This document shows positions 10,531 to 19,683 of a stretch of 64,000 nucleotides of DNA, piece by piece; the first letter of the stretch is position 1; each line of letters opens with the position of its first letter. The DNA lies in contig CALUNE010000010.1 of assembly GCA_944321945.1 (NCBI GenBank), positions 15,560 to 79,559 on the forward strand, read 5' to 3'. The stretch is from an uncultured Alistipes sp. Lineage in GTDB: Bacteria; Bacteroidota; Bacteroidia; Bacteroidales; Rikenellaceae. The translations under genes and the position numbers were made by a program. The notes under the pieces were generated by a model that was not told the DNA's origin, ran no database searches, and was given only the letters and a program-made list of their open reading frames with translations.

Positions 10531-10758
10531 TTAGAGGGGTTTTTCGGGCAGGAAATCGCGCGGCGAACAGCCGAGAAACTTGGCAATTTCGTTGATATGG
10601 TGAGGATTGTATTTGATGTCGTATTTGGGGCTCTCGACCTGCCCGATGAAACTTTTAGATACACCGATTCCATACGCCAGCATGGATTGAGAGATGTTCT
10701 GGCGTTTCCGTTCTTTACGAACAGCGTCGATAATATATTGATCGATCGGGTATATCAC
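10531..10758 (-). CDS. XRE-family helix-turn-helix protein
   Basis: VRKERKRQNISQSMLAYGIGVSKSFIGQVES HTH pattern; AT-rich; GTG start. Confidence 0.85.
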   Translation of the reverse strand: MIYPIDQYIIDAVRKERKRQNISQSMLAYGIGVSKSFIGQVESPKYDIKYNPHHINEIAKFLGCSPRDFLPEKPL

Positions 10759-10880
10759 AAGTTGCTTGTTTTATCAGGTAAAACTAAGCAACTTATTCTT
10801 CGGAACGCTTGTGTATACACAAGCGATGCTCAGTGATAACTGAGCATCCTTTCGAAAGAGTGCAGGTCTCCTCTCTTTTT
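10759..10880. promoter_or_regulatory. Array of five consecutive inverted repeats plus a T-tract upstream of the XRE gene
   Basis: IRs at 10759-10794, 10796-10805, 10806-10825, 10825-10848 and 10849-10858, then CTCTCTTTTT. Confidence 0.6.
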
Positions 10881-10936
10881 GGCCAGGTTGCGCTCAATTG
10901 CTACAGAATTCGCTGAGGCCCGGCCTTTTCTGGAGA

Positions 10937-12142
10937 TTACGCCTCGATGACCCCCGAACCGACCAACTCGTCGCCGTCGTACCAGGCGGCGAACTGTCCC
11001 GGGGTGATGCCCCGCTGGGGTTCGTCGAAAAGCAGATAGGCCCCGCTCTCACGCAGGTAGAGCCGTGCGCCCTGTAGCGGCTGCCGATAGCGGATGCGGA
11101 CCGAAAAACGCTGCACCTCACCCGGTTTCATCTCACGCGTAGGATTGACCCAGTGGATGTCCTGCGGCAGGATGCGCAGTGCCGGACGCCACAGCCCCGG
11201 ATGCGAATCGCCCTCGCCGACGTAGATCACGTTCTGCACGGTGTCCGTCGCCAGAATGAACAGCGACTCCTTGCGGCCGCCGATGCCGAGCCCCTTGCGC
11301 TGACCGATCGTGTAGAAATGGGCGCCGTTGTGTTCGCCGATCTTCTTGCCGTCGCGCACCGTATAGTGCCACGGTTCGGCCAGCGCAGCGAGCTGTTCGT
11401 CCGTGGGATCCTCGTCGGGGGCCGGTCGTTCGGCCTTGCGGGCATATTTGGGCCACGAGGGGAGAATCTCGTGGACATTGCCCCGCTTCGAGGCGAGTTT
11501 CTGCTGGAGGAAGACCGGCAGATCGACCTTCCCGACGAAGCAGATCCCCTGCGAATCCTTCCGACGGGCCGTAGCCAGCCCCTGCTCGGCGGCGATGCGC
11601 CGCACTTCGGGCTTCAGCAGTCCGCCGACCGGGAACAGCGCCCGGCTCAGCTGCTCCTGCGACAGCTGGCACAGGAAGTAGCTTTGATCCTTGTTGGGGT
11701 CCGAACCGGCCAGCAGACGGTAGATGACGCGACCGTCTGCGAGGGTCTCCTGCTCCTTGCGGCAGTAGTGGCCCGTGGCGACGTAATCGGCTCCGAGCTT
11801 CAGCGCTTCGCGCAGGAAGACGTCGAACTTGATCTCGCGGTTGCACAGCACGTCGGGATTGGGCGTGCGGCCGCGTTCGTACTCGGCAAACATGTAGTCG
11901 ACCACGCGTGTGCGGTAGTCGGCCGAGAGATCCACGACATGGAGCGGAATGTCGAGCTTTTTGGCGACCAGTTCGGCGAACAGCCGGTCGTCGTGCCACG
12001 GACAGTCGCCTTCGAGCGTGCCGGTGGTGTCGTGCCAGTTGATCATGAAGAGGCCGATGACCTCATGCCCCTGCTGCTTGAGGAGCCAGGCGGCGACCGA
12101 CGAATCGACGCCGCCCGAGAGTCCGATCACTACGCGTGCCAT
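10937..12142 (-). CDS. mnmA: tRNA-specific 2-thiouridylase MnmA
   Basis: GLSGGVDSSVAA, TPNPDVLCNREIKF, ATGHY, KDQSYFL, DSQGICF and TPGQ motifs. Confidence 0.97.
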   Translation of the reverse strand: MARVVIGLSGGVDSSVAAWLLKQQGHEVIGLFMINWHDTTGTLEGDCPWHDDRLFAELVAKKLDIPLHVVDLSADYRTRVVDYMFAEYERGRTPNPDVLCNREIKFDVFLREALKLGADYVATGHYCRKEQETLADGRVIYRLLAGSDPNKDQSYFLCQLSQEQLSRALFPVGGLLKPEVRRIAAEQGLATARRKDSQGICFVGKVDLPVFLQQKLASKRGNVHEILPSWPKYARKAERPAPDEDPTDEQLAALAEPWHYTVRDGKKIGEHNGAHFYTIGQRKGLGIGGRKESLFILATDTVQNVIYVGEGDSHPGLWRPALRILPQDIHWVNPTREMKPGEVQRFSVRIRYRQPLQGARLYLRESGAYLLFDEPQRGITPGQFAAWYDGDELVGSGVIEA

Positions 12143-12143
12143 G

Positions 12144-12659
12144 TCATTCGAGCGTTAGGAGGCCTTCGGGCAGGACGAGGTGCATCGTGCGGCCTTCGAA
12201 ATCGATATGGGCGATGAACTCTTCGGCGGCCGGGACCAGAATGCGGCGGCCGTCGATCTCCACCTCGAAGAGGGGATTCATCTCGTTGTCGTAGAAGTCG
12301 GTGACGCTTCCCGAGTGATGTGCGGCGGAGCCGGCCTCCTCGATCTGGGCGCGGAAGCCGATGAGGTCCTCCAGATAGAATTCGTCCTCCTCGTCGCCGG
12401 GGGCTTCGATGCGGAATTCGAGCCCGACGAGCTCCTGCGCGCGGCGTTCGGTGTCGATGTCGGCAAAGGTGGCCGTGGCGCCGGAGATGCCGCGGCGTTC
12501 GAAACGATCGCACCAGAGCGGAACCTCCAGGGCGTCGATCGTTACCAGGAGCGGCATGGTTGCCGGGTCGAAGTCGTCGGGGAAAGCGGGGTAGAGCGAG
12601 AGCATCAGGCCCCCGTCCGTCCCGAAAAGTTTGTTGATGCGTCCTGCAGTTGCAGCCAT
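12144..12659 (-). CDS. rimM: Ribosome maturation factor RimM
   Basis: GRINKLFGTDG, EFYLEDLIGF and ILVPAAEEFI...LPEGLL motifs; own promoter TATCTTTG (minus) at 12679-12686. Confidence 0.92.
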   Translation of the reverse strand: MAATAGRINKLFGTDGGLMLSLYPAFPDDFDPATMPLLVTIDALEVPLWCDRFERRGISGATATFADIDTERRAQELVGLEFRIEAPGDEEDEFYLEDLIGFRAQIEEAGSAAHHSGSVTDFYDNEMNPLFEVEIDGRRILVPAAEEFIAHIDFEGRTMHLVLPEGLLTLE

Positions 12660-12895
12660 GAGACTTAATTTAACTGCCCAAAGATAGTGAAGCGTTACGA
12701 GAATTTCAAATTTATTATACAGAGAGTTATTCTTCTGGTGAGTGAATATAATTCGATAATATGGACGTAATTGTTTGGTATATGATGGTAAAATGACTAT
12801 TTTTGTCTAATCAAAGACCGTTTTGTTGCCTCCAACGGTATTAAATGAATAATTGCATCTTTGGAGGTGGATGCTATACCTAAACTTTTTATGGA

Positions 12896-13837
12896 ATGAA
12901 ACATTTATTCTATCTTCTCTCCTTGTTTGTGTTGAGTGCCTGCGCTTCGTCGGAAGATGGTGACACCGGCAATCCGAATCTTCCGGGACCTTTGCAGACG
13001 GGCCGTCAGGTTTCCGAGATTGTCATGCATTATACACCGTATGACGTTCCGGCACATGATGTAAAAGTTGTATTTCATTATGATGCGGATGGACGTGTTT
13101 CCAGAATGGATCTGACCAATACGATTCCGAGCGAGGATGTTGAGCAAAGTGGCCAATTCGATTTCTCCTACGAAGGAAATGTTGTGACGTGTGAGGCATC
13201 CTACAATTATGATGGAGAATATACGAAGACGGAGTTGAATGGAATTCTGGGGGATCAGAGCCAGCTCCTTGTGGGATCAGTCAAGGAGTATTATTTCGAT
13301 GGAGAGACAGAGACTTTCGTCGAGGAGATCAGTGAAAGTATTCAATATGAGGTGATCTACGATGCGCTCGGCTACATGAGCAGCACTACTTGCTTTTACA
13401 ACGCGGATGCGGATGCCGGTATTGCGGCTCGTGAAGTCAACAATCAGTTGAGATGGGAAAATGGAAATCCGACGGAGTTAACGTGGGGAACCAAGGGTGA
13501 CGATTACTTGATTCTTGATTGTGCAGAATATGGGAATGTGCAGAACAAGACAAATCTTGATCTTTCATGGTTGCTGTTGACTACGGAGGGTTGGTCCTTT
13601 ATGGTAGGTGATCCCTCGAATTTCTTTGGACTTGCGGGATACTACGGTAACAGATCGCGCACGATGCCCGTTAAAATCTATTACAGATCCCCTGCCTCCT
13701 CCGATAATCCCATTGATTCTTTTACCCAAATTACCTATCAACTCGATGATGAGGGATATATCGAGAAAATAACGGAGAAGTACGTGGGTTCGGACTACGA
13801 AGAAACCACGGTTTATACGATTTCGTACCGAAATTAG
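12896..13837 (+). CDS. DUF4595-like lipoprotein (AT-rich accessory gene)
   Basis: Lipobox LSAC; FHYDADGRV, WENGNP, NKTNLDL, GYYGNRSRTMPVK and YQLDDEGYI motifs; visibly lower GC than flanks. Confidence 0.7.
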   Translation: MKHLFYLLSLFVLSACASSEDGDTGNPNLPGPLQTGRQVSEIVMHYTPYDVPAHDVKVVFHYDADGRVSRMDLTNTIPSEDVEQSGQFDFSYEGNVVTCEASYNYDGEYTKTELNGILGDQSQLLVGSVKEYYFDGETETFVEEISESIQYEVIYDALGYMSSTTCFYNADADAGIAAREVNNQLRWENGNPTELTWGTKGDDYLILDCAEYGNVQNKTNLDLSWLLLTTEGWSFMVGDPSNFFGLAGYYGNRSRTMPVKIYYRSPASSDNPIDSFTQITYQLDDEGYIEKITEKYVGSDYEETTVYTISYRN

Positions 13838-13973
13838 TGTCGTATATCGGCGGCAAGAGCCGGAGGATCCTTCTTGGGGAAGTCGGTTCACGGAACTTGT
13901 TCGTATGGGAGATCTTCCTTTTTGTGGGGAGATCTCTTTTTTTGATGGGGAGGCTGGCTGCGTACCATGAGAA

Positions 13974-14009
13974 AAAGAGAAGGGTCCGTCATAACGGACC
14001 CTTCTCTTT
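13974..14009. terminator. Bidirectional terminator after rpsP
   Basis: AAAGAGAAGGGTCCGT-CATA-ACGGACCCTTCTCTTT, 16-bp stem. Confidence 0.88.
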
Positions 14010-14026
14010 ACTTATTTGACGCAGCT

Positions 14027-14578
14027 CTATTCGGCGGCGGGAGCCTCCGGAGCAGCCTCTTCGGCATTTGCAGCCTCGGCAGCGGCAGCTTCTGCGGCCT
14101 CGCGGGCAGCAGCTTCAGCGGCAGCCTTCTTCTCGGCGATGGCAGCGGCGCGGTCCTCCTTGATCTTGGTCTCGGCAGCCAGACGGGCCTTTGCGGCCGA
14201 TTTGGCGTCGGTAGCGATCTTGTTGGTCTTGGCCTCGATTTTGCCGGTCTTGGCCTCCATCCACTTGTTGAAGCGGGCCTCGGCCTCGGTCTCCGAGAAG
14301 GCACCCTTGGCTACGCCGCCCAGCAGGTGTTTCTTGTAGAGTACGCCCTTGTACGAAAGGATAGCCCGACAGGTATCCGTAGGTTGTGCGCCTTTGAGTA
14401 ACCAATCCAGAGCTTTCTCGAAGTTCAGATCGATCGTAGCAGGATTCGTGTTGGGGTTGTAGGTACCCAACTTCTCGATGAATTTACCATCACGTGGCGC
14501 TCTGCTATCTGCGGCAACGATGTGATAGAAGGCGTAGCCCTTCTTACCATGACGTGCCAGACGAATTTTAACAGCCAT
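14027..14578 (-). CDS. rpsP: 30S ribosomal protein S16 (long Bacteroidota form)
   Basis: [40 protein letters not shown]; Ala/Glu-rich tail; promoter TAAATTTG (minus) at 14639-14646. Confidence 0.98.
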   Translation of the reverse strand: MAVKIRLARHGKKGYAFYHIVAADSRAPRDGKFIEKLGTYNPNTNPATIDLNFEKALDWLLKGAQPTDTCRAILSYKGVLYKKHLLGGVAKGAFSETEAEARFNKWMEAKTGKIEAKTNKIATDAKSAAKARLAAETKIKEDRAAAIAEKKAAAEAAAREAAEAAAAEAANAEEAAPEAPAAE

Positions 14579-14707
14579 TTGCTATAAAATTTTGTTTGAA
14601 TAATAAAAACGCTCACCCGGTTCGGGCTTTTAAGCGTGCAAATTTAGGGAAAAAATTCCGGTTGGCCAAATAAAAGGGCGAAAAAGCCCCGTGAAAGAGA
14701 AAAAAAG

Positions 14708-14781
14708 TGATCCCGGCGCGGCTCGAACGCGCGGCCGGCAGATTAGAAATCTGCTGCTCTATCCAACTGAGCTACGGGACC
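14708..14781 (-). tRNA. tRNA-Arg (anticodon TCT), CCA not encoded
   Basis: GGTCCCG TAGCTCAGTTGGATAGAGC A GCAGA-TTTCTAA-TCTGC ... GCGCG-TTCGAGC-CGCGC CGGGATC A cloverleaf; promoter TAATTTTG (minus) at 14801-14808. Confidence 0.96.
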
Positions 14782-14964
14782 GACTTTGCGTAAATCGGTG
14801 CAAAATTATAAAATAAATCCTCAAATGCAAAGCGATTGTCGGCGGAAATGCGTACGGCGGTGGCATTTTGTCCGCAAGGATGGCTTTTTCCATCCTGACG
14901 GGATCCGTTGGAAATCTGTTCCGCACCGGGCGGAGGTCCGGGTGGAACGGGTGCACGGGCGGGA

Positions 14965-15471
14965 TCAGCGGTCGAGCGGGCGAACCGTCCCTTTGGCGGT
15001 TCCTTCCGCTACGTCGCGTTCGGAGCGGAACTCCAGGAAGGCCCGGTCGGAGTCGTGGAAGAGGGTCACCAGACAGGAGCGCCTTCTCTGTTGCCATCCC
15101 CACCGGCCGTGGATTCGGAACTGAATATCCCCGTTTCGTTTCGTGCCGATCTTCTCCAGACGGCCCTGTTCGTCCGAGGTGCGCAGTTGGTCCATCTGTT
15201 GAGAGGTTCGCGGGCTGAAGAAGTCGGGGGCGAAGCTGACCTCGAGCTGCGACCCCTGCATGCTGACGTAACTCTGATGGGTGTCCAGACGTTTCCCTTT
15301 TCGGGTGTAGACCTCGTCGATGTTGATGACGAATCGTTGCGATTCGAGAGCGGCAAGTGCCGTTTGGTGGGCTGAGTTGCCGGAATCCGCTGCGGCTGTT
15401 GCTTGTCGTTGCGAGGCGCATCCCGACAGCAGGGCGGCCAGCGGCAGCAGCAGAAATGTGGAGATTCTCAT
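14965..15471 (-). CDS. DUF4251-like lipoprotein
   Basis: Lipobox LSGC after MRISTFLLLPLAAL; A.AALESQRFVI...VY..KG pattern resembles DUF4251. Confidence 0.65.
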   Translation of the reverse strand: MRISTFLLLPLAALLSGCASQRQATAAADSGNSAHQTALAALESQRFVINIDEVYTRKGKRLDTHQSYVSMQGSQLEVSFAPDFFSPRTSQQMDQLRTSDEQGRLEKIGTKRNGDIQFRIHGRWGWQQRRRSCLVTLFHDSDRAFLEFRSERDVAEGTAKGTVRPLDR

Positions 15472-15565
15472 TTTCACAGGTTTTTTACGGGTGTGGCTTC
15501 CCCATGACAAGATACGAAAAATAATAAAATCATGCAACGTTGAAAAAATATTGATACCTTTGCAC

Positions 15566-15707
15566 GCGGTATCCGGGAGAGGACCGCACGTTCGCCGAAG
15601 TCCCGAAGAGTGGCTGAATGCGGTGCGGCTCGGACATTCCGAACGGCATCTCCCTGCATGAGGCGACCCGAAGATTGGTTTGGCGCGGGTTTTGATCCTC
15701 GGACCGC
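15566..15707 (+). ncRNA. Candidate structured ncRNA or cis-regulatory leader (rod-shaped)
   Basis: Begins just after TACCTTTG (15555-15562); end-to-end nested helices; see findings. Confidence 0.5.
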
Positions 15708-15735
15708 AAACAACACCTTATAAAAAATAACGATC

Positions 15736-16158
15736 ATGAAAAAAATGCTTGCTGCCGCAGCGCTTCTTTTCGCCATGACGGCCTGCTGCTGCTCCCAGAA
15801 GAATCTGCCGCTGGAGGGCACCACGTGGAAACTCACCCGGATGGATTCGATCCCCGCTTCGGCCATCACGGCCGAGGAGGATGCCTTCACGCTGCAGTTC
15901 AATGCCGCCGACATGCTGGTGGCCGGACGCACCAACTGCAACCGCTTCTTCGGCCCCTATGAACTCAAGGAGAAGAGCCTCAGCTTCGGGGATCTGGGCA
16001 TGACCCGGATGGCCTGTCCCGATCTGCAGTATGAGGATCTCTTCGTACGGATGCTCGATCGTGTAAACGGATTCGAGATCAAGGGATCGGATCTGAAGCT
16101 GCTTGACGGAAAGCAGGTTCTGGCCGAATTCAAGGGGACGCAGGCTGCCGCCGAATAA
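15736..16158 (+). CDS. META/HslJ domain lipoprotein
   Basis: Lipobox MTAC; LEGTTWKL, GRTNCNRFFG.Y and MTRMACP META motifs. Confidence 0.92.
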   Translation: MKKMLAAAALLFAMTACCCSQKNLPLEGTTWKLTRMDSIPASAITAEEDAFTLQFNAADMLVAGRTNCNRFFGPYELKEKSLSFGDLGMTRMACPDLQYEDLFVRMLDRVNGFEIKGSDLKLLDGKQVLAEFKGTQAAAE

Positions 16159-16203
16159 CCTCTTCCGGGCCGAATCGCTGACATGGTCGCGACAAAGTCT
16201 TCA

Positions 16204-16230
16204 GGGCCGTCCAGCAGGGCGGCCCTTTTT
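16204..16230 (+). terminator. Intrinsic terminator
   Basis: GGGCCGTCC-AGCA-GGGCGGCCC-TTTTT. Confidence 0.85.
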
Positions 16231-16477
16231 ATCTTTTATCGACGGATGCCCGCTTGGCCACCTCTCCCGTCCGCCGCGGGAGATCTCTCTCCGCAACGGA
16301 CCGGGGTATCTTCTGCCGCCATGAAACCGCCGGGCCATTCTCGATGCGGCCTCTCCCCTCACCGGAATCCGTCTCTGGAATCCCGACCGAGGTCCGGCAT
16401 CCTCGTTCTTTTTTTGCGGAGAGCCCTCCCCGTACCGATCTTTCCGTATATTTGCGGGATCAAACATCGAGCAAGAC

Positions 16478-17128
16478 ATGAAAAAATATCTGTTGTTGGT
16501 TGTGGGGGTGCTTGCGATGGCATCCTGCTCGGAAACTCTGACACCCGAAGGCGAAATTGTCGATCGCAAAATCGAGATGCCCGATGCGGTTGACCGCATT
16601 GAGGTAGGCGACGGCATGACACTTGTCCTCACGGAGGATGTCCCGGTAGGCGAGGTTCTGATCCGGACGCATGGCAACGTGCAGCCCTATGTCGGAGTTG
16701 AGATCGATGCCGACCGGGTTGCCTTCACGATTCAGGCCAGGCGGTTCAGAAATCTCGACGTAACGGTCGAGGCCTCGCTGGATCAGTATCGGGCCTTTTC
16801 CGCTTCGGGCGGAGCGAGCATATCCACCGACGGACCCTTGTCGCTTTCAGAGGCCGTATTTACGGTTTCGGGCGGATCGCAGGCCGTTTTTTCGGGAACA
16901 TGCACTTCGGCTCGGATCGATTGCTCGGGAGGATCCGTCTTTCACGGTTACGGACTTTCGGCGGGAGTCGCCGAGGTCGTGAATTCCGGAGGGAGCCGCC
17001 TGGAGATAACCGTCACGCAGGCGCTTGCGGGCGAGAACTCCGGCGGTTCGGTCCTGCTGTACAGAGGGGAGCCTTCGATGCTCAACGTGGACAACAACGG
17101 AGGTTCGCAGACGATACGCGAGGAGTGA
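16478..17128 (+). CDS. DUF2807 (GIN domain) beta-solenoid lipoprotein
   Basis: Lipobox MASC; repeated SGG(A/S) motifs; Y.GEP near C-terminus; promoter TATATTTG just upstream. Confidence 0.85.
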   Translation: MKKYLLLVVGVLAMASCSETLTPEGEIVDRKIEMPDAVDRIEVGDGMTLVLTEDVPVGEVLIRTHGNVQPYVGVEIDADRVAFTIQARRFRNLDVTVEASLDQYRAFSASGGASISTDGPLSLSEAVFTVSGGSQAVFSGTCTSARIDCSGGSVFHGYGLSAGVAEVVNSGGSRLEITVTQALAGENSGGSVLLYRGEPSMLNVDNNGGSQTIREE

Positions 17129-17185
17129 TTGCCGGCTTTGCGTTCCGGTCTGCAGAGAGGGGCTTCGGATCCGGTATGAACGCGT

Positions 17186-17220
17186 AAAAAACGGCCCCCT
17201 TCCGTCGGAAGGAGGCCGTT
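17186..17220. terminator. Terminator after rpmA
   Basis: AAAAAACGGCC-C-CCTTCC-GTC-GGAAGG-A-GGCCGTT. Confidence 0.75.
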
Positions 17221-17240
17221 ATCGTCTTTCGGGAGAGGGA

Positions 17241-17501
17241 CTACTCGCTCAGCGGCGTTACGCTGACATACGATTTGCCTTCGCCTTTCTTGCAGAACTC
17301 GACGGTTCCGTCCACGAGAGCGAAGAGCGTGTGGTCCTTGCCCATGCCGACATTCAAGCCGGCATTGTGTACCGTTCCGCGCTGACGAACGATGATGTTG
17401 CCCGCCTTTGCGAACTGACCGCCGAACAATTTGATGCCGAGTCGCTTGCTTTCCGACTCACGGCCGTTCTTCGAACTACCTACACCTTTCTTGTGTGCCA
17501 T
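17241..17501 (-). CDS. rpmA: 50S ribosomal protein L27
   Basis: [22 protein letters not shown]...IIVRQRGT. Confidence 0.98.
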   Translation of the reverse strand: MAHKKGVGSSKNGRESESKRLGIKLFGGQFAKAGNIIVRQRGTVHNAGLNVGMGKDHTLFALVDGTVEFCKKGEGKSYVSVTPLSE

Positions 17502-17522
17502 GATGCTTCAGTTTTTAAAGGT

Positions 17523-17834
17523 TTATGCAACGATTTCTTCCACGAGGATCTGGGTGAGGTACTGGCGATGGCCGTTGCACTTCTGGTATCCGGTGCGGCG
17601 CTTTTTCTTGAAGACCAGAACCTTGTCATCCTTCAGATGCTTGAGGATCTTGCACTTTACTGCGGCGCCTTCAACTACAGGTGCGCCGACTTTGACCTGA
17701 CCGTCATTGTCTGTGAGCAGGACTTTGTCGAAACTTACGGACGAGTTTTCTTCGCCCTGAAGACGGTGAACATAAAGTTTCCGACCTTTTTCAGCTTTGA
17801 ATTGCTGACCTGCGATCTCTACGATTACGTACAT
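17523..17834 (-). CDS. rplU: 50S ribosomal protein L21
   Basis: [13 protein letters not shown]...[17 protein letters not shown]; ATG at 17834; promoter TATATTTG (minus) at 17863-17870. Confidence 0.97.
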   Translation of the reverse strand: MYVIVEIAGQQFKAEKGRKLYVHRLQGEENSSVSFDKVLLTDNDGQVKVGAPVVEGAAVKCKILKHLKDDKVLVFKKKRRTGYQKCNGHRQYLTQILVEEIVA

Positions 17835-18047
17835 TCTAATGTATTTGAATGAATTCGGGATGCAAATATACGGATATTTTCCGATAAACCATACGCTGTC
17901 GGGAAATTTTTTTCGTGCAGCCATCCGGGCACGGTTTTCGAAGGGCGAAGTGGCGTTTTTCGGATCGATCGTGTACTCTTTGACGGGAAGTCGAGGCGGC
18001 GGGATGCGAAAAATTTTCCGGTCTCGTAAATTCTTGTTACCTTTACC

Positions 18048-18938
18048 ATGGCAATAAAAATAGAAGTATCCGACCCTAAATTACGAGTGACGATGATTAA
18101 CGACAAGGTGCGCATGTATCTGCTGCCGCCGCTTTTCAATGCAGCAGTCAGAGCCGGAGCCTCGATCATGCAGGTATACAAGAACTTCGACGACTACGAT
18201 ATCAGCCTCAAGGCCGACTGTACGCCCATCACGCTGGCCGATCGCCTGGCCCACCGGACGATCCGCGAATTCCTGGGGCCGACGCGCATTCCGATCCTTT
18301 CGGAGGAGGGGCGCGAGATGCGTTACGACGAACGCCGCAACTGGGAGCTCTACTGGCTGGTGGATCCGCTCGACGGCACCGTCGAGTTCATCAAGGGCAA
18401 CAACGAATTCACGGTCAACATTGCGCTGATGGAGAACAACGTCTGCATCGGGGCGGTGATCTACGTGCCCTATTTCGAGAAGATGTACATCGCTGGGCGT
18501 GATTCGGGGTCGTACCTGAAGGAGCATGTGACGCCGGATGCCGCGGCGAACTACTCTTACGAACAGATCGTCGAGGGGTGGACGCGGCTGCCGCTGGCCG
18601 GTGAGGCGCATCACGAGCATCTGCGGGTGGCGCTTTCGCGGTCACATCAAACCCGCGAGACGCACGAAGCGGTCGAACGGCTCCGGGAGCGTTATCCCGA
18701 TCTGGAGATCGTCGAGCAGGGCAGTTCCTACAAGTTCTGCCTGCTGGCCGAGGGGCGTGTCGACTACTACGTCCGCACGACCCACACCTACGAGTGGGAT
18801 ACGGCGGCCGGCGAGTTGATTCTTGCCGAGGCGGGGGGCTCCACACGGTCGCTGCCCGACGACCGGGAGTTGCGTTACAACGAGGAGGATCTGCACAATC
18901 CGTGGTTCTGCTGCCGCTCGAAGTACTGTCCATTCTGA
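18048..18938 (+). CDS. cysQ: 3'(2'),5'-bisphosphate nucleotidase CysQ (start may be 18093)
   Basis: [36 protein letters not shown] and EWDTAAG motifs. Confidence 0.92.
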   Translation: MAIKIEVSDPKLRVTMINDKVRMYLLPPLFNAAVRAGASIMQVYKNFDDYDISLKADCTPITLADRLAHRTIREFLGPTRIPILSEEGREMRYDERRNWELYWLVDPLDGTVEFIKGNNEFTVNIALMENNVCIGAVIYVPYFEKMYIAGRDSGSYLKEHVTPDAAANYSYEQIVEGWTRLPLAGEAHHEHLRVALSRSHQTRETHEAVERLRERYPDLEIVEQGSSYKFCLLAEGRVDYYVRTTHTYEWDTAAGELILAEAGGSTRSLPDDRELRYNEEDLHNPWFCCRSKYCPF

Positions 18939-18990
18939 AAGGGGGATACCCTAATATATTTATAGGGGATTCCGGCATGTTTCATCGTAG

Positions 18991-19027
18991 ATCCCGGCCG
19001 CCGAGGGGTGTGCCGGGATTTTTTTTG
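18991..19027 (+). terminator. Intrinsic terminator after cysQ
   Basis: ATCCCGGC...GCCGGGAT followed by a run of T. Confidence 0.75.
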
Positions 19028-19158
19028 CGGCGGGCTCCCTGATGCGCGGCGATTCAGACGGCAGGGACCGTTCGTGAGGAGTTTTGCAGAGGCGGCCGGT
19101 TGGAGATGATCGATCGGAACTTGTGGGTGATAACCCCGGATATGGACGGAAGAGGGGG

Positions 19159-19425
19159 CTACCGGGTGGTCTTGTGTTCGATGTCGCAGGCGCCGCAGTT
19201 CCCCGAACATCCGGCTGCGGAGTGGCTGTCGGCGCAGTCAGCCGTACCGTCGGCCTCACGGGTCTCCTGTACGGCGCATTTGATGCCGAGTCGCTGCATG
19301 TCCTTGTTGGTGGAGATCTCCGAGTCGATGTGATGGCCCTTGATCATCAGCGTCAGGGACATTCCGACGACGAAAAAGGCAACGGCGATGACGGCGCAGA
19401 GCAGAACGATTAACCAGGCGGGCAT
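19159..19425 (-). CDS. Small single-pass membrane protein with Cys-rich C-terminus
   Basis: MPAWLIVLLCAVIAVAFFVVGMSLTL TM helix; C-terminal GCSGNCGAC; promoter TACATTTG (minus) at 19467-19474. Confidence 0.75.
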   Translation of the reverse strand: MPAWLIVLLCAVIAVAFFVVGMSLTLMIKGHHIDSEISTNKDMQRLGIKCAVQETREADGTADCADSHSAAGCSGNCGACDIEHKTTR

Positions 19426-19466
19426 GGCGGTGTGTTTTTGTGAATTGAAATTTTGGCTTTCGGGGA

Positions 19467-19482
19467 CAAATGTATATATTTG
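19467..19482. promoter_or_regulatory. Back-to-back divergent Bacteroidota -7 promoter elements
   Basis: CAAATGTA (minus-strand TACATTTG) abuts TATATTTG (plus strand, toward trkA). Confidence 0.65.
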
Positions 19483-19683
19483 TAGGATAAATTGCAAGAA
19501 TGTTGCCCGGAGGTTTCGGGCGAGGGGCCGCTTCGGCGTCAGGCTGCGTGAGAGCCCGCAAAATGACCGGCAGGTCATCGGACGGGAGCCGTCGGGTCGT
19601 GGAGTCATGACACGCCCGGATCGTCGTGAAAGGGTGGCAGATTGCAGAAGCACAGTCCCGGAAAATCAAATGCGCAGGCGGAT

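Noticed and set aside
11365-11470. Extra segment in MnmA
   Set aside because: As far as I recall, a similar insertion is usual in Bacteroidota MnmA; the frame and catalytic motifs are intact.
14708-14781. tRNA-Arg as an integration site
   Set aside because: I saw no integrase and no duplicated tRNA 3' end; the 3' side leads straight to the rpsP promoter.
15566-15707. SRP (4.5S) RNA, tRNA or hammerhead identity for the rod-shaped element
   Set aside because: It lacks the SRP CAGG..GGAA..AGCAG helix-8 motif, a cloverleaf and a hammerhead core, so it is kept as an unassigned candidate.
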